A stretch of 63,725 bases of DNA, counting the filler, from Pseudomonadota bacterium (GTDB lineage Bacteria > Desulfobacterota > Desulfobacteria > Desulfobacterales > JBDRRP01): the NCBI GenBank assembly GCA_043825735.1. It is 8 parts of 8 records of this genome, joined end to end, with 100 filler letters (N's around TTAATTAATTAA, not from the genome) between each part and the next. Parts side by side here need not be neighbours in the genome. Positions count along the whole stretch, not along the records: positions 1 to 24,240 come from JBDRRP010000036.1; 7 more parts are not named here. The stretch is one strand, 5' to 3'. Each line of letters opens with the position of its first letter. Positions within the stretch are counted from its first letter, which is position 1. The position numbers and the translations under genes were made by a program. Shown here in pieces: positions 1 through 9,778 of the stretch. The notes beneath the pieces are model-generated. The model did not search any database, had not been told where the DNA came from, and was given only the letters and a program-made list of their open reading frames with translations.

Positions 1-77
<77 letters not shown>

Positions 78-162
78 TAAGAAGCCGGGAATTATCACAG
101 CGCTCAGATGATGTCCACCTCTAATCAATGGTCCCCAAAGAGACCCATTACAACGAGGCGAA

Positions 163-1137
163 ATGAAGAAAAAGGAAACAATCCCAGCCGATGCCCCGGC
201 GGGCAGAATGGGGGACAAGGCTGTCATTGACAATACCTCGACCAAGTCCACCAGAGGCGATTCCAAATCCCTTGTCAAATTCGATCCGCTGCAACGGTAT
301 CTTTCCGAAATCAGTCATTACCGGCTGCTGACCCGAGATGAGGAAAAGGAACTGGGTATCCGGGTGCGCGAAGAAGGGGACCCGGATGCGGCCTATATGC
401 TGGTAACGTCCAACCTGCGGTTGGTGGTCAAGATCGCGCTGGAGTTCCAAAGGGTCTGGATGCAGAATCTGCTGGATCTCATCCAAGAGGGCAATATCGG
501 CCTGATGCAGGCCGTCAAGAAATTCGACCCATACAAAAACGTCAAATTTTCATACTATGCTTCTTTCTGGATCAAGGCCTATATTTTGAAGTTCATTATG
601 GACAACTGGCGCCTGGTCAAGATCGGTACGACCCAGGGGCAGCGCAAACTCTTTTTCAAGCTGAAAAAAGAAAAGCAAAAGCTCATTGATGAAGGCTTCG
701 ATCCTAAACCCAAGCTGCTCTCCGAGCGGCTGGGGGTGTCTGAGCGGGAAATCGTTGACATGGATCAGCGGCTGGACGGATGGGATGTGTCCCTGGATGC
801 CCCGCTGAAGGACGATTCCGACACGGAGCGTATCGAGTTTCTCAGCACCGATGCCGTTTCGGTTGAAGATCAGGTGGCCCGGAAAGAAATGGAAGGCCTG
901 CTCCACGAAAAAATCGCCGATTTCCGCAAACAGATGACACCCCGGGAATTGGAGATTTTCGATCTGCGCATTTTTTCCGATTCGCCGGCCACGCTCCAGG
1001 AAATCGGCGACCGGTACGGGATTTCCCGTGAGCGCGTGCGGCAGGTGGAAAAAAATATCGTCAAGAAAATGAGAGGATACTTTAAAAGTGAAATACCGGA
1101 CTTTTCGGTATATTCGGGAATCGTTGGCGACGATTGA
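163..1137 (+). CDS. rpoH: RNA polymerase sigma-32 family factor
   Basis: Sigma70 regions (NLRLVVKIA, DLIQEGNIGLM, SRERVRQVE) plus RpoH-box-like QRKLFFKL; true start may be downstream. Confidence 0.88.
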   Translation: MKKKETIPADAPAGRMGDKAVIDNTSTKSTRGDSKSLVKFDPLQRYLSEISHYRLLTRDEEKELGIRVREEGDPDAAYMLVTSNLRLVVKIALEFQRVWMQNLLDLIQEGNIGLMQAVKKFDPYKNVKFSYYASFWIKAYILKFIMDNWRLVKIGTTQGQRKLFFKLKKEKQKLIDEGFDPKPKLLSERLGVSEREIVDMDQRLDGWDVSLDAPLKDDSDTERIEFLSTDAVSVEDQVARKEMEGLLHEKIADFRKQMTPRELEIFDLRIFSDSPATLQEIGDRYGISRERVRQVEKNIVKKMRGYFKSEIPDFSVYSGIVGDD

Positions 1138-2876
1138 CGCTATTATCTTCAACGTGGACAGCACAGATGACACGCAATGTTAAAATGATCTGTTATCTCC
1201 TGGTGGTGCTGGTTCCCCTATCCGGTTGTATACCGCACCGCGACACCGGTTACGCGCTACGACCTGCGGCGGCAGACCCGCCAGCCAATGCCTACTACCA
1301 CTATCTGGCCTCTCAACTGCGACAGTCCGAAGGGGCGCGGGACAAGGCCCTGGAGGAACTGGTAGCGGCCTATCGCCTCGATACCGATACGCCGCTGCTG
1401 GGGCGTGAGCTGGCCGTATTGCTGGTGCAGTCCGACGATAACGACAGCGCCTTGCAGGTGGCGGAAGACACCCTCAAGGCGCATCCGGACGATATCAACA
1501 CCCTGATCATCTATGGCCGCATTCAACAGGAACTTAAAAACTCCGCGGCCGCCGGGGAGGCTTTTGAAAAGGTGTTGGCGCTGGACCCAGACCAGCAAAG
1601 CATATACCTTCACCTTGGCGGGCTCTATCTGGACGACGGCAACAGGGACTCGGCCCAGGCGGTGTTCCAACGCCTGGTGGACCGGTTTCCCGATTCCTTT
1701 GCAGGGTATTTCTACCTCGGCCGGATTGCGGCATCCAATGGTGACGACAAGACTGCCGAAGCGCTGTTTTCACAGGCGCTGGCCATCAAGGACGATTTGG
1801 ATGAGCCGCGTTTTGAGTTGGTGGAGATCTTCAAACGGCAACGGCGAATCGATGAGGCGATCGCGCTCTACCGGGATCTGTTGACGCGAAATGAGGATAA
1901 TCTTCGTGCCGCGCTGGGGCTTGGCGTATTGTACTACGAGGTCGGCAAGAAGCAGGAATCCCGCAACCTTCTTGGCGATATCGGCCGACGCTTTGCGTCC
2001 GACACGCGACTGGCCAGAACCATCGCGGGGCAGTATGTGGACCGCAAGGCCTATGATGCGGCGCGGATCATCCTTGAAGGGGTGATGCCGGCGCAGCCCG
2101 ACAGCCCGGAACTCTTATACCTGGCGGGGCTCACCTTCGAAGGCCTTAACGACTGGGAAACGGCAGTGACCTATCTGCGGCGGATCCCGGCCTCATCCGG
2201 CCTTTACCGGGATGCGGCCATCCACGTTGCTTTCATCTACCAGGAAAAAGAGAAGATCGATGAGGCGATCGATTACTTGAAAGGCGTGCTTCCCAACATC
2301 ACCGACAACGCTGAGTTGTATTACTATCTGGGATCCCTTTACGAAGAGAAGGACGCGCTCGCCGACGCCGTCCAGTGGCTCAAACAGGGTCTTGAAAAAG
2401 CGCCCGATGACGTGAAGATGGCCTTCAGACTCGGCGTGGTCTACGATAAGCAGGGCAACAAAGAAGCCTCCATTGCGCAGATGCAAAAGACGATCGCCCT
2501 GGATCCCGAGCATGCCAGCGCCTTGAACTATCTCGGGTATACATACGCGGACATGGGCGTCAAACTTGACGAAGCTGAAGCGTTGATCAAAAAGGCCCTT
2601 TCCATCAAGCCCGACGACGGATACATCACCGACAGCCTGGGCTGGGTCTACTTCAAGAAAGGTCAATTCGCCGAAGCCCTTGAATGGCTGGGAAAAGCGG
2701 TAGCCCTCACGCCAGAGGACCCCGTGATCCTGGAGCACCTTGGGGACGCCTACCACCGCACCGGTGACTCTCAGGAGGCGCTCCGGTATTATCGCCAGGC
2801 ATTGGAAAAAAAGACCCAGGACCGGGAGCCGCTCGTGGAGAAACTCAGACAAATTGAAGGTGCAAGGCAGCCGTGA
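1134..2876 (+). CDS. TPR-repeat lipoprotein
   Basis: Lipobox LSGC, many TPRs, C-terminal ALNYLGY...DSLGWVYFK; start probably 1167 or 1185. Confidence 0.85.
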   Translation: MTLLSSTWTAQMTRNVKMICYLLVVLVPLSGCIPHRDTGYALRPAAADPPANAYYHYLASQLRQSEGARDKALEELVAAYRLDTDTPLLGRELAVLLVQSDDNDSALQVAEDTLKAHPDDINTLIIYGRIQQELKNSAAAGEAFEKVLALDPDQQSIYLHLGGLYLDDGNRDSAQAVFQRLVDRFPDSFAGYFYLGRIAASNGDDKTAEALFSQALAIKDDLDEPRFELVEIFKRQRRIDEAIALYRDLLTRNEDNLRAALGLGVLYYEVGKKQESRNLLGDIGRRFASDTRLARTIAGQYVDRKAYDAARIILEGVMPAQPDSPELLYLAGLTFEGLNDWETAVTYLRRIPASSGLYRDAAIHVAFIYQEKEKIDEAIDYLKGVLPNITDNAELYYYLGSLYEEKDALADAVQWLKQGLEKAPDDVKMAFRLGVVYDKQGNKEASIAQMQKTIALDPEHASALNYLGYTYADMGVKLDEAEALIKKALSIKPDDGYITDSLGWVYFKKGQFAEALEWLGKAVALTPEDPVILEHLGDAYHRTGDSQEALRYYRQALEKKTQDREPLVEKLRQIEGARQP

Positions 2877-3622
2877 CCCCCCTCGTCCGAGGCACCCTCG
2901 TTGCACTTCTGGCGGTGGTGTGCGGATGCGCCACTCTTTTCAGACCTGCTGGTGTGAGCCCTGAAGCAGCTGCGCTGTTGGCGCGCGCCGGAGACATTAA
3001 CCCTGGTCTGATGACACTCAAAGGACTGGGCTCTCTTGACATCGTCCGGTCCGGCAAACGCTTCCAGGCGAGGGTGGCGTGGATCTGCCAGCCTCCGGAC
3101 AAATTTCGGATCACTGTCCTCGGCGCCCTGGGGCGCCCCGCTATTTCCCTGGTGTCCGACGGCCGGCGCTTCAGCTTTCTTTCCCACGATACCGGCCAAT
3201 TTGAGCAATGGGACCGCGGCGCACTGTTTCCCCCGGTGCCGCTGCCCATTGCCATTGCCCCGGAGGACATCGCTGACGTGCTCAGCGGCAGGGTGCCGGT
3301 GAAGGCCTACGACGCCGCCTCGGTCAAACCCGGTGACACAACCGCCATCGAAGTGCTGGTGCTCACGCAGTGGGGGCGCACCATACAGACCATCGATTTT
3401 CGAAAGGGATCGCCCCGCCCGGAGGACTTCACCGTTTACACGGAGCAGGGTGAGCGGGCTTACGCCGTCGCTTTCCGGGATCACCGAGAGATGGCAGGCT
3501 TCCGGTTGCCGGGGCGTTTCGAAATCCGTGGCAGTGACGGTTCCAGTGTCTCGGTGCGGGCCGATCGTTACTGGCCCAATGCCCCGGTGGATCCGGCGGT
3601 GTTTGTGCTCAAGCCGGCATGA
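2873..3622 (+). CDS. LolB-like outer-membrane lipoprotein
   Basis: Lipobox VCGC; follows the TPR lipoprotein in the usual TPR-lolB order; beta-rich sequence. Confidence 0.6.
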   Translation: MTPLVRGTLVALLAVVCGCATLFRPAGVSPEAAALLARAGDINPGLMTLKGLGSLDIVRSGKRFQARVAWICQPPDKFRITVLGALGRPAISLVSDGRRFSFLSHDTGQFEQWDRGALFPPVPLPIAIAPEDIADVLSGRVPVKAYDAASVKPGDTTAIEVLVLTQWGRTIQTIDFRKGSPRPEDFTVYTEQGERAYAVAFRDHREMAGFRLPGRFEIRGSDGSSVSVRADRYWPNAPVDPAVFVLKPA

Positions 3623-3736
3623 TGGAAGGCTCCCGCGCAGCCCGCCTCAGGCTGACGGAAAATGCGCCCGACCAGCCGGTTCAAGAAACCCGATTATACC
3701 AAGAGGACGTTGGCAGCCCATATCCAAAATGATTTA

Positions 3737-3816
3737 CACCGCAGAGAACACAGAGAACGCAGAGAATATCAGTATTGTTTAAAATACCTCTGCGCTCTCT
3801 GCGATCTCTGCGGTGA
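3737..3816. repeat. Intergenic palindrome (CAGAGAAC-type arms)
   Basis: caccgcagagaacacagagaacgcagag...ctctgcgctctctgcgatctctgcggtg. Confidence 0.8.
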
Positions 3817-3857
3817 ATCGATTATTTTCCCGGATGTTGCCCAAACAGGACACCCCC

Positions 3858-4637
3858 ATGCCGCGTCAGGTCATTGCACTGGAAGGCCGGCTGCGCCGCT
3901 GCAGCAATGTCACTACCCTCGGGGTGCACCCCAATTTTGGCGATTATTCCGATCCGGAGCGGTCAGCCATGGACGCGGCCCCGGTGATTTATTACCCGTC
4001 GAGCCAGTACGCGTTTTTGTTCAGCACTATCGGCAAACGGACTTTTCCCGGATACGCCGCCTATGTTTGCGCTCAGGACAAGATACGGCAGACGGCGCTC
4101 TTCCAGATGGCCGGCATCCCGCACCCGCCCACCCGTGTATTTTACGGGAGCCGGCAACACCAGAAGATTCTATCCCGGTTTACCTTGCCGCTCATCGCCA
4201 AGATCCCCCGGGGCTCCGCCTTGGGGCGCGGGGTTTTTCTTATCCAGCAGGAGGCCGATTTGGCTGCTTTCTGCAGCCAGCATCATACGGTGTATATTCA
4301 GAAATACCTTCCGGTTTCACGCGATATCCGTGTGGTGGTCGTGGGCGGGCGGGTTGTGCATGCCTATTGGCGTCATGCACCGGAGCTTGATTTCAGGAGC
4401 AATGTGGCCGTGGGCGGGCGCATCTCATTTGATCCCGTGCCGCAGTCCGCGCTGGCGCTGGCCGTTCACACCGCCGCCACGTGCCGCTGGGATGATGTCG
4501 GGATCGACATCATCGACTACGACGGCAGCCTGTTTGTCATCGAGGGGAACATGAAGTACGGGCGCGAGGGGTTCCGGCAGGCCGGCATCGATTACACGCG
4601 CCTGATGGAAGGGCTAATTGCCGATGGCACGATCTGA
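3858..4637 (+). CDS. RimK-like ATP-grasp ligase
   Basis: DKIRQ, PLIAK.PRGS..GRGV, YIQKYL, DIRVVV, FRSN, GID, IEGN motifs. Confidence 0.85.
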   Translation: MPRQVIALEGRLRRCSNVTTLGVHPNFGDYSDPERSAMDAAPVIYYPSSQYAFLFSTIGKRTFPGYAAYVCAQDKIRQTALFQMAGIPHPPTRVFYGSRQHQKILSRFTLPLIAKIPRGSALGRGVFLIQQEADLAAFCSQHHTVYIQKYLPVSRDIRVVVVGGRVVHAYWRHAPELDFRSNVAVGGRISFDPVPQSALALAVHTAATCRWDDVGIDIIDYDGSLFVIEGNMKYGREGFRQAGIDYTRLMEGLIADGTI

Positions 4638-5820
4638 CGCGGCCGCTGACATGGATCTTTCCCGGTGGCGGGAAGCACTGGACGACAGAGAGGCGAGAAT
4701 GCTGCGCGCGGAGGCGTGCCTCAGCCGAAAGGCGGTCCGCCGGAAGGCGGAGCCGCGGCTGAAAACAGGGCACCGACAGGCCTACGCCGTCGATGCTGAC
4801 CGCATCCTTCATTCACGGGCCTATGCCCGTTATATCGATAAAACCCAGGTTTTCTCTCTTGTGGAGCACGACCATGTGACGCACCGGGTGCTCCACGTTC
4901 AGCTCGTGTCCAAGGTGGCCCGCACCATCGGGCGGTTTCTGGGCCTCAACGAAGACCTCATCGAGGCCATCGCCCTGGGGCACGACATCGGGCATCCGCC
5001 CTTCGGGCATGAAGGGGAAGGCATTCTTGCCGATCTGTGCATGAGTGCGGGCATCGGGCGGTTCCGGCACAATGTCCAGAGTGTCCTGTCACTGGATCGG
5101 CTGGAGAATACCGGCCGCGGCTGGAACCTGACCCTTCAGACACTGGATGGGATCCTATGCCACAACGGCGAAATCCACCAACGTCAACTCACCCCCGATG
5201 GCGGTAAAACATTTGATCGACTGGAAGATGACATCCGGCACCTTGAAAGCGGTGCCGCCGATATCCGGCCCATGACCCTGGAAGGATGCGTGGTGCGGGT
5301 GGCCGACACCATCGCCTATATCGGCCGTGACATCGAGGACGCCATCAGGCTCGGGCTGATTCGGCGCAGCGACATCCCTGCCGCGTGCCGTGCAGAGCTG
5401 GGAGACACCAACGGAACCATCGTGTATCGGCTGGTGACCGATCTCATCCGGGAAAGCCGGGATGTCCCGCATATCGCCTTCAGTGAAGCGGTGGCCACGG
5501 CGTTGAAAGCACTGAAGGCGTTCAACTATGCCCGGATCTATCTCAACCCCCGCATCCGCGCTCATCTGCAGCTCATAGAACAGATATACCGGCGCCTGTT
5601 TGAACAATACGTATCGGATGTGCAGCGCCAGGACCCTGAAGCCGTCATCTGCAGCACTTTTCTGGCCAGCATGCCGTCGACCTACCGGGAGGTGTCCCCG
5701 CCGGCTGCCGTGGCGCGCGATTTCATTGCCGGCATGACCGATCGGTTTTTCCTCAAACAGGTGCCCAAGGAACTGGCAGACCGGGTACGTGCCAGCGTCC
5801 CGGAGGCCATGGTCCGATGA
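4618..5820 (+). CDS. dGTPase-like HD-domain triphosphohydrolase
   Basis: DRILHS, KTQVF, HDIGHPPFGHEGE, DFIAGMTD motifs; start uncertain. Confidence 0.9.
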   Translation: MPMARSDAAADMDLSRWREALDDREARMLRAEACLSRKAVRRKAEPRLKTGHRQAYAVDADRILHSRAYARYIDKTQVFSLVEHDHVTHRVLHVQLVSKVARTIGRFLGLNEDLIEAIALGHDIGHPPFGHEGEGILADLCMSAGIGRFRHNVQSVLSLDRLENTGRGWNLTLQTLDGILCHNGEIHQRQLTPDGGKTFDRLEDDIRHLESGAADIRPMTLEGCVVRVADTIAYIGRDIEDAIRLGLIRRSDIPAACRAELGDTNGTIVYRLVTDLIRESRDVPHIAFSEAVATALKALKAFNYARIYLNPRIRAHLQLIEQIYRRLFEQYVSDVQRQDPEAVICSTFLASMPSTYREVSPPAAVARDFIAGMTDRFFLKQVPKELADRVRASVPEAMVR

Positions 5821-6572
5821 GACCTCGTTTGCAAAAAGAACGCACTTATCGGCGCATGATGCACAGCGCGTCACTGGTGGCCTTTCGCGTCGTGGTCCGG
5901 GAAACCGATCTGTTGATTCAGGCGCCGCGGGATGTGTCGGTGCCGGCCAGGGAATCGGTCGTTCGACACCGCGGGTATATCGAATCCTACATCGCCAGGC
6001 ACCCTGCGTTTGCCACGACCCTGGTCCCGTGGCGGGACCCGTCCCCTCAGCCGGCCATCCTGCGCCGCATGATAGCCGCCGGGGAGGCCGCCGGGGTCGG
6101 CCCCATGGCTGCGGTGGCCGGTGCGCTGGCCGAAGCCGTTGGCACCGATCTGCTCACGATGGTCGATGCGGTAATCGTGGAAAACGGCGGTGATGTATTT
6201 TTTGCCGTGCCTCAGGAGGTGACCGCCGCCATCTATGCCGGGGATTCGCCCTTGAGCATGCACGTCGGTGTGCGCATTGCGCCCGGCGGCGGACCACTGG
6301 CGCTGTGCACCAGTTCGGGCACCATCGGGCACTCCCTTTCTCTAGGAAAGGCCGACGCCGTCTGTGTCCTGTCAAAAGACTGCGCACTGGCCGATGCCGC
6401 GGCCACCGCAGTGGGCAACACGATTGGCCATGCCGGCGATATCCGTCAAGCATTGACCGCCGGTAGAGACATCCGCGGCGTGGCGGGTATCGTGGCCATC
6501 GTTGGCCCGGAAATGGGCGCCTGCGGGGAAATCACCCTGGTGCGTATCGAGGGAAAAAGGGTTGCCTTTTGA
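5817..6572 (+). CDS. UPF0280 / ApbE-like protein
   Basis: GPMAAVAG, ENGGD, CTSSGTIGHSLSLG, ADAAATA. Confidence 0.88.
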   Translation: MRPRLQKERTYRRMMHSASLVAFRVVVRETDLLIQAPRDVSVPARESVVRHRGYIESYIARHPAFATTLVPWRDPSPQPAILRRMIAAGEAAGVGPMAAVAGALAEAVGTDLLTMVDAVIVENGGDVFFAVPQEVTAAIYAGDSPLSMHVGVRIAPGGGPLALCTSSGTIGHSLSLGKADAVCVLSKDCALADAAATAVGNTIGHAGDIRQALTAGRDIRGVAGIVAIVGPEMGACGEITLVRIEGKRVAF

Positions 6573-6683
6573 ACCCGAACCTCGTAGGATAAACGCGCTT
6601 TTACACAGTAAATACGATATTTTTCAGTTCATTTCGATACGTCACGGCGCAGGCAAAGGCCCATATCGGATAGGGGATACCAC

Positions 6684-7064
6684 ATGAAGAAATTCAAGAT
6701 TGTCATCTGGCTTCTTATCTTCGGTTTCATCGGTTTGGTGATTTATCAAAACAAGGATTTTTTTCTGGCCAAAAAAGTCTTTCATCTCGATCTGATTGCC
6801 AGGTCCTACGTCACCCCCGAGATTCCCGTTGCCGCCGTGTTCGTCGGGTTCTTCGTGGTCGGGCTGCTGGTAACCTATCTGTTTGCCGTTCCGGGCCGCA
6901 TGCGGGCGAACAAGACCATCCGCTCGCTCAACGAGACCATCCGAACCCAGAGCAACGATCTGACGATGTTGAAGTCGGAGATCTCCGCCCTCAAAACGAT
7001 CGCACCCCCACCGCCGGATGTGCCGGTGACCCCTGAGCAAGATCCACCCGCTACGCCGTCATGA
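6684..7064 (+). CDS. LapA-like small membrane protein
   Basis: TM helix, QN motif, second TM helix, coiled coil; GGGGA RBS. Confidence 0.65.
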   Translation: MKKFKIVIWLLIFGFIGLVIYQNKDFFLAKKVFHLDLIARSYVTPEIPVAAVFVGFFVVGLLVTYLFAVPGRMRANKTIRSLNETIRTQSNDLTMLKSEISALKTIAPPPPDVPVTPEQDPPATPS

Positions 7065-7149
7065 CGCAGAAGGCCACCAGGGACAGGCTACCCGGGGTGG
7101 CCCCCGCCGCGGATCGGTAAACCGGTCGCCATCCCCCAAGGGACAACGG

Positions 7150-9774
7150 ATGCCGCCACCGAAACTCACCCCCATGCTGCAACAATACCTGGACGTCAAG
7201 GCGACGTATCCCGACGCCCTGCTGTTTTATCGGATGGGCGATTTTTATGAGATGTTTTTCGAGGATGCCCAGCAGGCCTCCCGCCTTTTGAACATCACGC
7301 TCACATCCCGCAACAAAAATGACGAATCCCCGGTGCCCATGTGCGGCGTGCCGTTTCGGGCGGTGCAGGGCTACATCGCCAGGCTCATCGAAAAGGGCCA
7401 CAAAGTGGCCATCTGCGACCAGGTGGAAGATCCGGCAACGGCCAAGGGGCTGGTGCGCCGGGAGGTGGTGCGCGTCATCACTCCCGGCATGATCGTCGAG
7501 GACGCCCTGCTTGACGGAAAGACCCATAATTTCGTTCTGGCGCTATATCGCACCAAGGGGCGTCACGGACTCTCCTGCCTTGATATTTCCACGGGCACCT
7601 TCCGCCTGACGGAAACCGAGGACGGCCGTGCGCTGCTGGACGAGGCCCTGCGGATCTCTCCGCGGGAAGTGCTCATGCCCCAGTCGCTGTCGACGGACCC
7701 CCTGTCTGAGCAGATCAAAACAGCCATGCCCGAGCGCGCCGTCACCTTTCTGGAGGATGCGGTTTTTTCCACCGGCAGTGCCCGGGAGCGGCTGCTTCGG
7801 CAGTTTGGCACCCTGAACCTGGAAGGGTTCGGCTGCGAGCAACTGGAGGCCGGTGTGGGGGCTGCCGGGGCGGTGCTCAGCTACGTTCAGGATACCCAGA
7901 TACAGGCGGTGGCGCACATTACCGGTATTCAGACGTATTATCTGGATCATTACCTGCTCATCGATGAACTCAGTTGCCGCAATCTCGAACTGCTCCGGGG
8001 CATTCAGAGTGGCTCCACCCGGGGAACCCTTCTGGAAGTCCTTGATTTTACCCTTACGGCCATGGGCGGGAGACTGTTCAAACGGTGGGTTCGCTACCCC
8101 CTGCTCAGCCCTGCGGCCATGGAGGGGCGACTGACGGCCGTAGACGAGGCCGTGCGCGAGTTCACCATTACCCGCCAGGTGCGTGAACGGCTTAAATCCA
8201 TTCACGACCTGGAGCGTTTGGCCGGGCGTCTGGCCCTGGGACACGCCACCGCACGGGATCTGGTGGCCATCAAAGCAACCCTGGTTCAACTTCCCCACAT
8301 CCGCGCAGACCTGGTGGACCTGAGGGCCCAAGCATTCCAGTGGCAGCAGGACCTAAAGCCACTCGCCGCGGTGGCCGAGCTCATCGAGGCGGCCATCCGC
8401 GAGGATGCGCCGCCCACCATCCATGAAGGGGGTATGATCCGCAAGGGCTACCATCGCGAGCTCGACGAGCTCATCGCCATCAGCAGCGAAGGCAAGGGCT
8501 GGTTGCTGAAACTGGAAGCCCAGGAAAAAGAGGCCACCGGCATCGGCAGCCTCAAGGTCCGCTTCAACAAGGTGTTTGGATACTACATCGAAGTGAGTAA
8601 AAGCCAAAGCGGCGGCGTGCCGCCCCATTACGTGCGTAAACAGACCCTCGTTAACGCCGAGCGCTACATCACCGATGAGCTCAAACAGTTCGAGGACACC
8701 GTACTCAATGCCGAGGAGCGGCGCTGCTCCATGGAGCGGGAAATATTCCAGGAGGTGCGCAGCGTCGTCATGGCCAGCTACAGGGATATCCGAGACGTCG
8801 CGGCGTTTCTGGCGCGACTCGACGGGCTGTTGGGGCTTTCTGCCGCGGCGGTTCAGAACAGCTATTGCAGGCCCACCATCAACACGGATGGGCGCATTCA
8901 CATCGTCGACGGGCGCCACCCGGTCATCGAGAAAATGATCCCCGGCGAGCGGTTCGTTCCCAACACCATTCACCTGGACGACACCGACAATCAGGTGCTG
9001 GTCATCACGGGCCCCAACATGGCGGGCAAGTCCACCGTGCTCAGACAGGTGGCTCTGACGGTGATCATGGCCCACATGGGCTCCTTTGTGCCGGCACAGT
9101 CCGCCGACATCGCCGTGACCGACCGGATATTTACCCGGGTGGGCGCTCTGGACAACCTGAGCCAGGGCCAGAGCACATTCATGGTGGAGATGCAGGAGAC
9201 CGCCAATATCCTTCACAGCGCCTCGCCCCGGAGTCTGGTGATCATGGATGAGATCGGCCGGGGGACCAGCACCTTCGACGGGCTCAGCATTGCCTGGGCC
9301 GTTGCCGAGTACCTGCACGATTTCAAAGACTGCGGCGTCAAGACCCTGTTTGCGACGCACTACCACGAGCTCACCGAGTTGGCCTCGCGAAAGGCGCGGG
9401 TGAAAAATCTGAGTATCGCTGTAAAGGAGTGGAACGACGAAATCATTTTCCTGAGAAAACTGGTGGACGGGGGCACCAACCGCAGCTATGGCATTCAGGT
9501 GGCGCGCCTGGCCGGGATTCCGGGCGAGGTGATCAAGCGCGCCAAGCAGATTCTTTTTGACATTGAAGACAGCGCTTCCCACAGCGTGCGGCCAACGACG
9601 GGCCCTGCGGCAGCGGCATCCGGCAGCCGGCACAAACAACTGGGGCTATTTGCGCCGGCCGAACATCCGGCCATCGGAAAATTGAAAAAACTGGACATTT
9701 CCACTATGACACCGTTGGAGGCCTTGAATCTGCTGCATATGCTCACGGAGACCATCCACTCTGACACCAACTGA
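7150..9774 (+). CDS. mutS: DNA mismatch repair protein MutS
   Basis: TPMLQQY, GDFYEMF, TGPNMAGKST, DEIGRGTS, SYGIQVA. Confidence 0.98.
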   Translation: MPPPKLTPMLQQYLDVKATYPDALLFYRMGDFYEMFFEDAQQASRLLNITLTSRNKNDESPVPMCGVPFRAVQGYIARLIEKGHKVAICDQVEDPATAKGLVRREVVRVITPGMIVEDALLDGKTHNFVLALYRTKGRHGLSCLDISTGTFRLTETEDGRALLDEALRISPREVLMPQSLSTDPLSEQIKTAMPERAVTFLEDAVFSTGSARERLLRQFGTLNLEGFGCEQLEAGVGAAGAVLSYVQDTQIQAVAHITGIQTYYLDHYLLIDELSCRNLELLRGIQSGSTRGTLLEVLDFTLTAMGGRLFKRWVRYPLLSPAAMEGRLTAVDEAVREFTITRQVRERLKSIHDLERLAGRLALGHATARDLVAIKATLVQLPHIRADLVDLRAQAFQWQQDLKPLAAVAELIEAAIREDAPPTIHEGGMIRKGYHRELDELIAISSEGKGWLLKLEAQEKEATGIGSLKVRFNKVFGYYIEVSKSQSGGVPPHYVRKQTLVNAERYITDELKQFEDTVLNAEERRCSMEREIFQEVRSVVMASYRDIRDVAAFLARLDGLLGLSAAAVQNSYCRPTINTDGRIHIVDGRHPVIEKMIPGERFVPNTIHLDDTDNQVLVITGPNMAGKSTVLRQVALTVIMAHMGSFVPAQSADIAVTDRIFTRVGALDNLSQGQSTFMVEMQETANILHSASPRSLVIMDEIGRGTSTFDGLSIAWAVAEYLHDFKDCGVKTLFATHYHELTELASRKARVKNLSIAVKEWNDEIIFLRKLVDGGTNRSYGIQVARLAGIPGEVIKRAKQILFDIEDSASHSVRPTTGPAAAASGSRHKQLGLFAPAEHPAIGKLKKLDISTMTPLEALNLLHMLTETIHSDTN

Positions 9775-9778
9775 CGCC